Position numbers and translations under genes: made by a program
In this document: in pieces, positions 16,898 to 26,660 of the stretch
Numbering within the stretch: the first letter of the stretch is position 1
Layout: each line of letters starts with the position of its first letter
DNA from: an uncultured Smithella sp.
GTDB taxonomy: Bacteria > Desulfobacterota > Syntrophia > Syntrophales > Smithellaceae
Reading direction: 5' to 3'
DNA: 41,442 nucleotides
NCBI GenBank assembly: GCA_964640755.1
Contig: CAZXIP010000002.1
Location: 1-41,442, forward strand
The notes under the pieces: model-generated
Told to the model about the DNA's origin: nothing
Database searches by the model: none
The model's input: only the letters and a program-made list of their open reading frames with translations

Positions 16898-18847
16898 TCA
16901 GACTTTCTTTGCCTTCCTTCGAAGGATAACCAGCATGACGGTCATTACCATTAAAAATACAATAAGGCCAATTGCCGCCAGAACAATGATCGTCGGCTCC
17001 GTTCCCCTGGAAACAAGATTGACCGGGTTGATGCTCGGCTTTTCCACAATCCGTCCCAGCTTGCCCCTGTATTTTTCGGGAATATCCGAAAGGCCGTTGC
17101 CGTTTGTATCCGGAAAAGACCGGACGTATTGAATGACGCCCTGCCATTCTTTGAGTTCCTGAACGCCCGGAACGGCTTTGTTGCCGTCAACCAGCGCCGC
17201 AGATAATTTTTTCAAGGGCATCCCGTCTTTATCTTTCGGAACGATATCCAGCATGGAATATGTGAGGCGGCCAACAAGTTTCAGGAAAGAAGCATTGTAA
17301 ATATTGGCCGCCACTCGATACAATTTCCGGTTCGATTTGCTGTAATCAAGCGGCTGGTATCCTTCCTCTTCGGAGCCTGTTTCAATATCGGTTACACGGT
17401 CAAAAATGACGCGACGCGGATTGTATGTGCAGCGAAGACCGGAAATCTGCAGATAATAATCATCACCCTTGATGGGTCTGATACTGGTCAGGATCTCCAG
17501 CGCCCTTTTCAGTTCATACCCATAAAGGTAAAAGGATAGCAGCGGATAGCCCATGGTGTTGTCCACGCCAATTCCCAGGGGAATCGTTCGGAAAAGGTCG
17601 CCGACGGTTACCTTCCCGGTAATGCCCCGGATGAGGTCGTCGCGGATAACGCCGTTGGATTCTACGGCTACCACCACCCGGCTGGACGGATCATTTTTGT
17701 CTGAGTCAACAGCATTGACATACCAGCGGATGGAATCCGCCAGCAGATTGCCCAGCGGCGATTCCTCGGCCAGGATGTTGAGATCAAATTTTGTTTCCGC
17801 AATGACCTGATCATATGACAAACGAGCGGGCGCCAGCAGCCGGCGGTTGATCATTTGCTTGAAGGCATCGATTATCGCCTGAATATTTTCGTCACCGGGT
17901 ACCGAACTGTTGACAGGGACAACGGTGTATTTTTTCAATGTCACTTTGCCGTTGTTCATGGCGATGTCCATAACTCCTGCCTGTTTTCCGTAACACCAGT
18001 CCTGAACTATGATTGTTCCGTTGATGTTGATGGGATTGTCCAGCTTGGTGTGAGTATGTCCGCTCACGATGACGTCGATGCCTTTAACGTTGCGTGCCAG
18101 CAGCTCGTCTTCGGATTTTCCAGGATCGTCATTCAGACCGCCGTGTGACAGGCAGATGACCAGATCCACTTTTTCTTTATTGCGCAGCACATCCACCATG
18201 TCGTGCGCGACATCGACAGGATCACGAAATGTCAGGGGTTTGGCGAAGGGCGACACTTCAACAGCGTCTTTTCCCAGCATCCCGAAAACGCCGATCTTGA
18301 CGCCGCCGCGTTCCCAAACAGTATAATTTTTCACACCTGCTTCCGAAAAAGCGTTTTCAAGCGAAACCAGGACCGGATTATTTCGGTCAAACACCGCGCC
18401 CGCAAAAACAATCTGCGGGATGGGCCCTCTCAATTTTGCGGTTTTCAATGTGGCCGCCAGCCCAGCGGGCTTCAGATCAAATTCATGATTGCCAAGTGTG
18501 ACAACATCATAACCCATCGCGGAAAGCAGACGCAGTTCATAAGCTTCTTCCCGATTGAGCATGTGGAAGAGAGATCCCATCGTGTAATCGCCAGCGTCGA
18601 CAACCAGAACCGGATGAAGTCTTTCCTTTTTTATGTTTTTGATTACCGTCGCCAGACGCGACCATCCGCCTAGCGTCTTATCCGCATCAATGGTGAAAGG
18701 CCGGTAATCGATTTCCGGGGAAAAACCCTGGACATGAGAGTGCATATCGTTGGTGTGGACAATGGTTAAAAGCTGTTCGGCCGCAGACAGATTGTTTGCA
18801 AAGAATAATACAGTGATCAGGATAATCGCAATGCGCATCAGTTTCAT
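16898..18847 (-). CDS. Bifunctional metallophosphatase / 5'-nucleotidase (UshA-like), secreted, with C-terminal membrane anchor
   Basis: Signal peptide MKLMRIAIILITVLFFANNLSA-AE. Metallophosphoesterase motifs HTNDMH, GDYTMG, GNHEFD and GHTH. A 5'-nucleotidase C-terminal domain is present. The last ~35 aa are hydrophobic and end in RRKAKKV. Confidence 0.8.
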   Translation of the reverse strand: MKLMRIAIILITVLFFANNLSAAEQLLTIVHTNDMHSHVQGFSPEIDYRPFTIDADKTLGGWSRLATVIKNIKKERLHPVLVVDAGDYTMGSLFHMLNREEAYELRLLSAMGYDVVTLGNHEFDLKPAGLAATLKTAKLRGPIPQIVFAGAVFDRNNPVLVSLENAFSEAGVKNYTVWERGGVKIGVFGMLGKDAVEVSPFAKPLTFRDPVDVAHDMVDVLRNKEKVDLVICLSHGGLNDDPGKSEDELLARNVKGIDVIVSGHTHTKLDNPININGTIIVQDWCYGKQAGVMDIAMNNGKVTLKKYTVVPVNSSVPGDENIQAIIDAFKQMINRRLLAPARLSYDQVIAETKFDLNILAEESPLGNLLADSIRWYVNAVDSDKNDPSSRVVVAVESNGVIRDDLIRGITGKVTVGDLFRTIPLGIGVDNTMGYPLLSFYLYGYELKRALEILTSIRPIKGDDYYLQISGLRCTYNPRRVIFDRVTDIETGSEEEGYQPLDYSKSNRKLYRVAANIYNASFLKLVGRLTYSMLDIVPKDKDGMPLKKLSAALVDGNKAVPGVQELKEWQGVIQYVRSFPDTNGNGLSDIPEKYRGKLGRIVEKPSINPVNLVSRGTEPTIIVLAAIGLIVFLMVMTVMLVILRRKAKKV

Positions 18848-18867
18848 GATGTTTCCCCGCTTGAAGT

Positions 18868-20346
18868 TCACGTTTCCTCTTCCCTAGCATAAAAAGACTT
18901 TCCTGAAAAGTTTGTATTGGGCAGCGCCGCCTCGATTTTTTCCAGGAGCCCGGAAAGAGAGGTTTTGTCCAGGGCGGAAACGGCGACGGCGTTATAGCGC
19001 TTGCTGATATCTGCCAGCAAGTCCTTGTCCTCGAAACGGTCGGTTTTGTTAAAAATCCGGATGCCCGGTTTCCCGGATATTTCAAGTTCTTCCAGGATAT
19101 TTTCAACGGCGGCAATCTGTTCTTCAAACCGGGGATTGCTGATGTCTATGACATGCAGAAGCAGATCCGCTTCGTTAAGTTCATCGAGTGTCGCCCTGAA
19201 GGCGCTGAAAAGTTCTCTGGGCAGGTTGCGGATGAAACCAACCGTGTCGGTGATGACCGCTTCCGTATCGCGCGGAAAACGAAGTCTCGCACTTTTCGTG
19301 TCCAGAGTGGCAAAGAGCTTATCTTCCGACAGAACGGCGCTTTGCGTCAGTGTGTTGAGCAACGTTGATTTCCCGGCGTTGGTGTAACCGACAATTGAAA
19401 TCACGGGCAGGCCTGATCGCTTCCGTCTTCCCCGGCGCTGTCCGCGTGACTTCGTGATGCCTTTTAAATCCTTTTCCAGCCGGTTGATGCGCTCGCGAAC
19501 GCGGCGCCGGTCAATTTCCAGCTTGGTTTCACCGGGCCCTACGCCGCCTATGCCGCCGGCGAGGCGGGACAGGGACGTGTCTTTGTGCATCAGCCGCGGC
19601 AGCAGATATTTGAGCTGCGCCAGTTCCACCTGAATCTTTCCTTCCCGGCTGTGGGCGCGGTGCGCAAAGATATCCAGAATCACCTGTGTCCGGTCAAGAA
19701 TTTTTAACCCGGTGAAATCACTGATGGAACGGATCTGCGCAGGTGTCAGTTCGTGGTCGAAGATCAGCAGGTTTGCGCCAATTTGTGTGGCGCGAAGATC
19801 GATATCCGACAGTTTGCCCCTCCCGACAAGATACCGCGGGTCCGGCTGGGGACGATATTGAATCTGGCTGTCAAAAACAACCACGCCGCAGGTCTCAGCC
19901 AGCTGACGGAGCTCTTCCAAAGAGGCTTCCGCGCCGGCAAGGGGATTTTTTTCAACCCGCACGAGAATGGCCTTTTCCGTTGCTTCGATCTTTCGCGTTT
20001 TTTGCTGTCTGGCAAATTCATCTTCCAGTGCGACGATGAAAGACAGGAAATTCAGATCGAGACGGTGAGGTTCCTGCGGTTCATGGATAAGCCAGTAATC
20101 TCCGTGCGGATTTTCCGGAATCAAATGGGCCCAGAATAGCTTGCCGGGAGATCCGTCCTCACAGACCTGGAGCGCTCCGATCATGTCCAGCCTGAGGTGC
20201 GATAAGTCCGTCATGTCTTCAGGAGAAAGTGCTTCGCCGTTTAAATGGGTGTGAATCAGACGCAGGCCCTTGAAGCGTGTGGAGGCTGAGCGGAAAACGT
20301 CCAGGCTGGGAATAAATATGCCTTTGTAGTCTCCGAGAATGACCAT
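18868..20346 (-). CDS. hflX: GTPase HflX (minimal ORF from the first in-frame ATG; the real N-terminus is probably about 60 codons upstream)
   Basis: G1 motif GYTNAGKSTLLN, DTVGF and NKTD motifs, plus the HflX N-terminal domain. The frame stays open and protein-like up to a TGA at 20554-20556 (see finding). Confidence 0.85.
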   Translation of the reverse strand: MVILGDYKGIFIPSLDVFRSASTRFKGLRLIHTHLNGEALSPEDMTDLSHLRLDMIGALQVCEDGSPGKLFWAHLIPENPHGDYWLIHEPQEPHRLDLNFLSFIVALEDEFARQQKTRKIEATEKAILVRVEKNPLAGAEASLEELRQLAETCGVVVFDSQIQYRPQPDPRYLVGRGKLSDIDLRATQIGANLLIFDHELTPAQIRSISDFTGLKILDRTQVILDIFAHRAHSREGKIQVELAQLKYLLPRLMHKDTSLSRLAGGIGGVGPGETKLEIDRRRVRERINRLEKDLKGITKSRGQRRGRRKRSGLPVISIVGYTNAGKSTLLNTLTQSAVLSEDKLFATLDTKSARLRFPRDTEAVITDTVGFIRNLPRELFSAFRATLDELNEADLLLHVIDISNPRFEEQIAAVENILEELEISGKPGIRIFNKTDRFEDKDLLADISKRYNAVAVSALDKTSLSGLLEKIEAALPNTNFSGKSFYAREEET

Positions 20347-20709
20347 GCTGATTTCGCCCTTGCGGTTGATCAGCAGACCGATTTGTCGATTGAGATCGCT
20401 GGAAAGAAAGGATACCTCCCGCGCCAGGTCATTGCTGAGAATAGTTTCCGGCGGGATGCCGCGGCGATAAAGACGTTCCAGAGACTTGATTTGCTGGGCG
20501 CCCAGCCCCGATGTATTGCCGAATATCTTATTGATGGTAAGCCGTCCCTGCCTTCATGAGTTCCATGTTCATAAACTATCATAGTTTGTTTGCATTAGTC
20601 AAAAGGCAAATGCTGCAACCTGATATGAGCAACAGACATTTTGGGAGGCAACACGATAAAAAAATTAGACGATTACGTTCCTTGTGCCGGTATGAACGAT
20701 CGATAAACC

Positions 20710-21996
20710 TTAAGCAGAATCTTGCTTTTGGGGGAGAGTTTCTTTGACCAGAATACTGGCAATGAACGCAATCAGCAGGCAAAACAGGCACATCTTGAAT
20801 GCCGCGGAATAAGCATCCACCGGATATCGGCCATCGACTGTGCCCGCAGAATCCAGATACCAACCGATGAGCGGTTGGCCCAGCGCGGCCCCGGCAAAGG
20901 GAAAAATATTCAATGTACCTGTGGCGGTGCCGGATATTTGTATCGGGAAAGAATCTTTAATTGCGGAATAGCCGACGACAACCAGGCTGGACATGAAAAA
21001 ACTGTAAGAAAAGCACCAGATGTAGAGCGCTATTTCGGAAAAATTGCCGGTGAAAAAAGCAAGGGGGGCAAAGACGCACAGGCCGCCCAGCTGGCTCAAT
21101 GCCAATACTTTTTTTCGTGAGTGGAGCACCCGGTTGGAAATCCAGCTCATCACCGGCGCTCCGATAATCATACCGATTGCCATTGCCGATAATACAGTGC
21201 CTGCGCGTGTGCGGGTCATTCCATAGATGTGCATGAAAAAAGGGCCGCCCCATAGGCCCGTAAAGCTTAACGTTACCAGCGATCCGAAAAAGGTACACGT
21301 TGCCATTGGCCAGAATTGCCGGCGTTTCAATACCATGATGATCCCGTTCAAGAGCCCGATGTCCTGTTCTTCACAAACTGCGGGAGCACAGGGATTGATC
21401 GGCTGGAAACCTGACTGTTCGGGAGTGTCACGCACCAGGAGCCAGACCAGACCTGATATGATAAGGGTCAATATTCCAATGACCATCATGCTGCCGCGCC
21501 AGGTAATCGCGTCGCTCATGAGTGCGAGCGGTGTTGATGCCGTGTAGGCTCCGACACCGCCCAGTGACATTAAAAGACCGCTCATGTGGACGTACTTGTC
21601 CCGCTCGAACCAGTGTGTCAAAATTTTCAGCGTCGGGATGAAGATCATCGCCACCCCCAGACCCACAAACACTCGCGCGGCAATTGCCGTTTCAACGGTT
21701 TGCGCAAAGGCCAGTGCAATGGAACCGGCCGCTCCGATGGTGAAAAAAAAGACGATTGATCTGCGTGGACCCCACGTGTCGGATAAAAGGCCGGCGGGAA
21801 TCTGCATCAGGCCATAAGGGTAAAAGTAGGCGGAAGCCAGAACGCCCATCAAAGCGCCGCCTGTTTTTAAATCGGCCATCATGTCCACAGCCACAACTGC
21901 CGGCGCAAGCCTGTGGAAAAAAACCAGGATGTAGGCGGTGCCCAGAATTGCGAAGACCAGATAGCGGTATTTAGCAAAGCTCATATTATGATGCAT
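20710..21996 (-). CDS. MFS transporter
   Basis: About 12 predicted hydrophobic helices across ~430 aa, and an MFS-type loop (GLLSDTWGPRR) after TM2. The start is uncertain (ATG 21996 or 21984; the ORF-track TTG at 22044). Confidence 0.75.
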   Translation of the reverse strand: MHHNMSFAKYRYLVFAILGTAYILVFFHRLAPAVVAVDMMADLKTGGALMGVLASAYFYPYGLMQIPAGLLSDTWGPRRSIVFFFTIGAAGSIALAFAQTVETAIAARVFVGLGVAMIFIPTLKILTHWFERDKYVHMSGLLMSLGGVGAYTASTPLALMSDAITWRGSMMVIGILTLIISGLVWLLVRDTPEQSGFQPINPCAPAVCEEQDIGLLNGIIMVLKRRQFWPMATCTFFGSLVTLSFTGLWGGPFFMHIYGMTRTRAGTVLSAMAIGMIIGAPVMSWISNRVLHSRKKVLALSQLGGLCVFAPLAFFTGNFSEIALYIWCFSYSFFMSSLVVVGYSAIKDSFPIQISGTATGTLNIFPFAGAALGQPLIGWYLDSAGTVDGRYPVDAYSAAFKMCLFCLLIAFIASILVKETLPQKQDSA

Positions 21997-22156
21997 ACGG
22001 GAGAATCTGTTTTTCTGGTTTTGTGGAAAGGTGATGTGAGTCAACCACCTCGCAGCAAGTTACGTAGAATTAACGCTCTTCCCGCGTGAGCGGGATCAAA
22101 TCTCCGGGACACCTGAAGGAATCAGGCAGACAAAGATCAATGTTTCCGAGCCTGAT

Positions 22157-24160
22157 TCATTTATTATCAAGGATTTCTCTCAGTTTGCCTGAGAGCTGCG
22201 CCATGGTGAAAGGTTTCTGGATGAAGCCTTTGCAGCCTGCGGCCATGATATCTTTTGCCTGGCTGTCCACACTGAAGCCGCTTGAAAGCAGAACTTTCAC
22301 GGAGGGATTTTTCTGCCGGAGAATATCAAAAGTTTCTTTGCCGCTTAACCCTGGCATAATCATATCCAGAATAACCAGGTTGATTTTTTCTTTGCTGTTC
22401 TGAAAGATATCAATCCCCTGTTTCCCGCTGGTGGCGCCCAAAACTTTATAGCCAAGTTCCTCCAGCATTTTGGAGGTGATCTCAATTATCATCTGTTCGT
22501 CGTCAATCAGCAGAACGGTTTCCACGCCCCTATGAATCCGGCTATCTATTTGCGGTTCATCTTCCGCCTTGTTATTCGATGCCGGAAGATAGATCATAAA
22601 CGATGTGCCGGCGCCCGGTTTGCTCTCTACATTGACATAACCGCCATGATTTTTGATAATTCCATAGACGGAAGCCAGGCCCATCCCCGTGTTCCGCCCC
22701 CGTTCCTTGGTGGAAAAGAAAGGCTCAAAAATGCGGGATTTGGTGTTTTCGTCCATGCCGATTCCCGTATCGGACACGGTAAGTTTTACGAATCTTTTCT
22801 GGGTTGCGCCAAAAGCTGCCATGTTCTTTCCGCTCAGTTCGACATTTTCTACAGATATGTTCAGATTGCCGCCGTCGGGCATGGCCTGCCATGCGTTTAC
22901 AAACAGATTGAGGAGCACCTGATCCATCTGGCCGCGGTCTACGTCCACATGCCAGAGGGAGCTGCCGATCTTATGCTGAATGGAAATCTCTTTTTTCGTT
23001 CTTCCAAACATTTCCGCACTTCTCAGAACGAACTTGCCAAGATCGGTGGAGCGTACCTCGTACTTGCCTCCACGGGCAAAACCCAACAGCTGCCGGGTGA
23101 GATTCGATCCCCGGTGAACATAATCTTCCATGATCTTCAGCCGGTCATAGAACGGGTGGGTGGCATCCATGTGCATGAGCATGATGGAAAGATTTCCAAG
23201 AATCCCCATCAGAAGATTGTTGAAATCATGGGCAATGCCCCCGGCGAGCGTGCCGATAGCTTCCAGTTTCTGCGCTCGCAGGAGTTGATCCTCGAGGGCC
23301 TTCTTTTCTGAAATATCGATCAGAAATCCTCTGATGCCCACAGGTTCCCCGTCCTTAAAGATGCCTGTACTCCTAACCAGAGCCGGAAATGTCGCCCCGT
23401 TTTTTTTCCGGGCAAGATACTCCCTTAGAGCAAGCCGCTCCCCACGGACAACATTTTGAATGACGGTCTGCAAATGTTCGTGTTCTTGCGGGGCCAAAAC
23501 ATCCTCGATGTATATCCCTTTTTCCAAATCAGCCTGTGTAAAACCGAAGCGGGCAAAGGAAAGCTCATTTACAAAGGTGATTTTTCCGTTCATGTCGGTT
23601 TCAAAAACCGTTTCCGGAAGAAGCCTGGCCATGTCTTTGAACCGTTCCTCGCTTTGCCTGACGGCTTCCTGAGCTTTTTTGTGCTCGGTTATATCGAAGA
23701 GCGATGCAACGCTGTTCCGGGTGCCGGGGATCATGGCCACGCTCAGGAAGAAGTGCCGGATCTCCCCTGTTTTAGTGGGACCCCTGAATTCATAAGTCGG
23801 CGGCACGGATTCGGGACTGATTCTCCGTATCACGTGCCGCTGTTTCATGATTTCCACATCTTCTTTAATGACAAAGCAGGTCCAGGACATTTTGTTTTCT
23901 ACTTCTTCCTTTGAATACCCCATCATTTTCTCGAAATTTTCATTCACAAACAGGACAGTGGTATCCTCGGCAAGAATCATGTTGGCAGTGGCCGTGTGCT
24001 CAAAGATGGCCCGGTAGTATTCTTCGCTGTTCATGGTGGTTTGTTTTGCCGGATTGTTTTGTGTTTCGTTACCGGGTATGCCGGTAACGAACTGGTGAGG
24101 TGCTTCGGCGACAGATTTTTTATCTGTTGTCAGATTTTTATGATTCTTCTGTTTGCTCAT
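22157..24160 (-). CDS. Cytoplasmic hybrid sensor histidine kinase (2x PAS, HisKA, HATPase_c, C-terminal receiver)
   Basis: H-box GGIAHDFNNLL, N/G boxes (DGGNLNISV, DTGIGMD, GMGLASVYG) and a receiver domain (LLIDDE...LVILDMIMPGLSG...KVLLSSGF). No transmembrane segment. Confidence 0.85.
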   Translation of the reverse strand: MSKQKNHKNLTTDKKSVAEAPHQFVTGIPGNETQNNPAKQTTMNSEEYYRAIFEHTATANMILAEDTTVLFVNENFEKMMGYSKEEVENKMSWTCFVIKEDVEIMKQRHVIRRISPESVPPTYEFRGPTKTGEIRHFFLSVAMIPGTRNSVASLFDITEHKKAQEAVRQSEERFKDMARLLPETVFETDMNGKITFVNELSFARFGFTQADLEKGIYIEDVLAPQEHEHLQTVIQNVVRGERLALREYLARKKNGATFPALVRSTGIFKDGEPVGIRGFLIDISEKKALEDQLLRAQKLEAIGTLAGGIAHDFNNLLMGILGNLSIMLMHMDATHPFYDRLKIMEDYVHRGSNLTRQLLGFARGGKYEVRSTDLGKFVLRSAEMFGRTKKEISIQHKIGSSLWHVDVDRGQMDQVLLNLFVNAWQAMPDGGNLNISVENVELSGKNMAAFGATQKRFVKLTVSDTGIGMDENTKSRIFEPFFSTKERGRNTGMGLASVYGIIKNHGGYVNVESKPGAGTSFMIYLPASNNKAEDEPQIDSRIHRGVETVLLIDDEQMIIEITSKMLEELGYKVLGATSGKQGIDIFQNSKEKINLVILDMIMPGLSGKETFDILRQKNPSVKVLLSSGFSVDSQAKDIMAAGCKGFIQKPFTMAQLSGKLREILDNK

Positions 24161-24495
24161 TTTTCCGCTTCCGGTTGAGATTAAACTGCGTTGGCCAAAT
24201 TATTAACAAACAAACATCTGAAATCAAATATCAAAAAAACTTATTTCGACAGGGTGCCCAGCAGAATTGATCTATTATCCCACGATTCATTAAATACCAT
24301 AAACCTTAAGACAAGTTAAGAAGTTTTCTGTCCGTCAGATTCATGCTGGAATGGGTATTTTTTTCGTGAAAAGAATGATCGACGGGAACTTCGGAACAAT
24401 TGAAAATTCTGTCTTTCCCAATTTGAAAAAATACATAAAGACGGCCGGGAGCATTTTGTAAAAAATAATCCCGGCTTTTAACGAAAACGGATATG

Positions 24496-26082
24496 TCAGC
24501 TTTTTTCCATGGTTTTGTGAAATTTAATCTGCGGCCACTGTTCCATGACATGGGAAAGGCGCCAGTCGGACAGCGCAAGATAAACCAGATTGCCTTCCGT
24601 GTCCATCGCCAGGTTCATCAGATTCTTTTTCTGAAAGTCTTCCATCTTCGCGGCATCATCCGATGTTACCCAGCGTGCGGCGGCATAATCGGTTTTTTCG
24701 TAGTCTGCATAAACGCTGTACTCGTTTTTCAAGCGCGACATGGTCACATCAAATTGCAGCGAGCCCACCGCGCCCAGGATATTGTCCGACCCCCACAGGG
24801 GCTTAAAAACCTGGATGGCGCCTTCTTCTGAAAGCTGAGTCAATCCCTTCTGCAGATGCTTGATCCTGAGCGGGTCTTTGAGCCGCACACGGCAGAAATG
24901 CTCAGGGGCGAAATGTGGGATGCCGGTGAACTTGAGAGGTTCTTTTTGTGAAAAGGAGTCGCCGACCTTGATGGTGCCGTGATTGTGGATGCCTATAATA
25001 TCACCCGGATAGGCTTCTTCTACATTCGTCCGGTCCTGTGCCATGAAAATGGTTGCATTGGACAGGGAGACTTCTTTGCCGATGCGGTGCTGCATCACAT
25101 GCATGCCGCGCTGGAATTTGCCTGAGCAGATGCGCAAAAAAGCAATGCGGTCGCGGTGCGCCGGGTCCATGTTGGCTTGAATTTTAAACACAAAACCGGA
25201 AAAATCATCTTCATCCGGACTGACCTGACGGGTCGTTGTCTGGCGTGGGACGGGAGGCGGTGCGATTTCCACAAAGGCGTCAAGCAGTTCCCTGACACCG
25301 AAATTATTGATGGCGCTGCCGAAGAAAACCGGTGTTTGGCCGGCCTTTAAATATTCCTTGATGTCAAAGGGATTGGCCGCGCCCTCGAGCAGTTCAATCT
25401 CCTCTCGCAGTTCCCCGGCCTGACTCTCCAGCAGTTCATCGAGCATCGGGTCGGACAGGTCATTGATGATCAGGCCGTCTTCTGTGCGCCTGGTTTTGCC
25501 AGGTGTGAACAGGTGCAGCTTTTTATCATAAAGGTTATAGACGCCTTTAAATCGTTTCCCCATGCCGATAGGCCAGGACAGGGGAGAACATTCAATCTGC
25601 AGCTTGTCTTCGATGTCCGACAGGATATCCAGAGGCGCCAGGCAGTCACGATCCATCTTATTGATGAATGTGATTATGGGCGTGTTACGCAAACGGCAGA
25701 CTTCCATGAGCTTCTGCGTTTGCGTTTCTACACCCTTGGCGCCGTCGATGACCATCAGCGCGCTGTCCACCGCAGTGAGCACGCGATAGGTGTCTTCGGA
25801 AAAATCCTGGTGGCCGGGGGTATCGAGCAGGTTAATTTCGCAACCGTCATATTCAAACTTCATGACGGATGATGTGACGGAAATACCGCGTTCCTTTTCG
25901 ATGGACATCCAGTCGCTCAACGCATGCTTTGACGCCTTGCGGGCTTTCACCGCACCGGCCAGTTGAATCGCGCCGCCAAAAAGAAGGAGCTTTTCGGTCA
26001 GCGTTGTTTTTCCCGCGTCGGGATGGCTGATGATCCCGAAGGTGCGCCGGCGTTCAATTTCTTTTTGCAGTTTTTTGCTCAA
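24496..26082 (-). CDS. prfC: Peptide chain release factor 3
   Basis: [36 protein letters not shown]..., DTPGHQDF and NKMDR motifs. The 528-aa length is canonical for RF3. Confidence 0.93.
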   Translation of the reverse strand: MSKKLQKEIERRRTFGIISHPDAGKTTLTEKLLLFGGAIQLAGAVKARKASKHALSDWMSIEKERGISVTSSVMKFEYDGCEINLLDTPGHQDFSEDTYRVLTAVDSALMVIDGAKGVETQTQKLMEVCRLRNTPIITFINKMDRDCLAPLDILSDIEDKLQIECSPLSWPIGMGKRFKGVYNLYDKKLHLFTPGKTRRTEDGLIINDLSDPMLDELLESQAGELREEIELLEGAANPFDIKEYLKAGQTPVFFGSAINNFGVRELLDAFVEIAPPPVPRQTTTRQVSPDEDDFSGFVFKIQANMDPAHRDRIAFLRICSGKFQRGMHVMQHRIGKEVSLSNATIFMAQDRTNVEEAYPGDIIGIHNHGTIKVGDSFSQKEPLKFTGIPHFAPEHFCRVRLKDPLRIKHLQKGLTQLSEEGAIQVFKPLWGSDNILGAVGSLQFDVTMSRLKNEYSVYADYEKTDYAAARWVTSDDAAKMEDFQKKNLMNLAMDTEGNLVYLALSDWRLSHVMEQWPQIKFHKTMEKS

Positions 26083-26382
26083 AATGACCTCATGATGATA
26101 AGCCTTGTAAAAGAAAGCAACCGCTCACACTGCGCAATTGCCTGTAGTCGAATTGCCTACAATCTATTTGTCCGATTCGAGAGTCGCCTCTTAACCAATA
26201 AATTCGCCGCTGTCAACCGCGAAGAACTTCGGTTTCCGGATCAGCCGGGATTCCATTGTATGATATTTTAGAAATATCCAAAACAAATTCAGTGGCAAAG
26301 TGAACAAAACAATGGCATCATCCACACTGTGAGGGCAAATCAGGGGACCCTTTGCTTCTGCACCTTTAAGTAAGGAGTGAAA

Positions 26383-26589
26383 ATGATAGAGGTCTATTCC
26401 ACATACAATCCAGGCGACATTGCGGTGATCAAATCTGTCCTCGATTCGGAGGATATCCGCTATTATTTTCAGGGTGAAAACTCAAATATGCTGGTGGCCG
26501 CCGGCGCGTATGCCCGTCTACTGGTTCAGGACGACCAGGCCCAGCGTGTCAGAGAGATTTTACAAGAAGCAGGCTTTCTTGAACAATAA
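26383..26589 (+). CDS. Small DUF2007-like (putative signal-transducing) protein
   Basis: 68-aa ORF with ATG 5 nt after AAGGAG. The beta-alpha-beta-like pattern (IEVYSTYNPGDIAVIKSVLDSEDIRYYF...) resembles DUF2007. The family call is from memory only. Confidence 0.5.
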   Translation: MIEVYSTYNPGDIAVIKSVLDSEDIRYYFQGENSNMLVAAGAYARLLVQDDQAQRVREILQEAGFLEQ

Positions 26590-26592
26590 ACA

Positions 26593-26624
26593 GGCACGGT
26601 CGAAGACCGTTGCCGTTTATTTTA
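26593..26624 (+). terminator. Terminator-like hairpin after the DUF2007-like gene
   Basis: GGCACGGTC pairs with GACCGTTGCC (one bulged T) around a GAA loop and is followed by GTTTATTTTA. Confidence 0.45.
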
Positions 26625-26660
26625 CCTTGATCCTTTTGCCTTGGTCCTTGAATCTGGTCT

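Noticed and set aside
16818-17147. 110-codon N-terminal extension of the OFOR gamma subunit in the ORF track.
   Set aside because: The canonical gamma N-terminus (MDKEFIEIRWHGRGGQG) starts at 16817. The extension overlaps the C-terminus of the 5'-nucleotidase gene and crosses a terminator-like hairpin (16857-16878).
24161-24578. AT-rich 335-nt gap between prfC and the histidine kinase, with a 90-aa minus-strand ORF (24306-24578).
   Set aside because: The ORF overlaps the prfC 3' end, lacks a Shine-Dalgarno sequence, and has a composition typical of translated AT-rich spacer. The region is best explained as the prfC terminator (GCCGGGA/TCCCGGC hairpin) plus the kinase promoter. I found no repeats or RNA motifs I could support.
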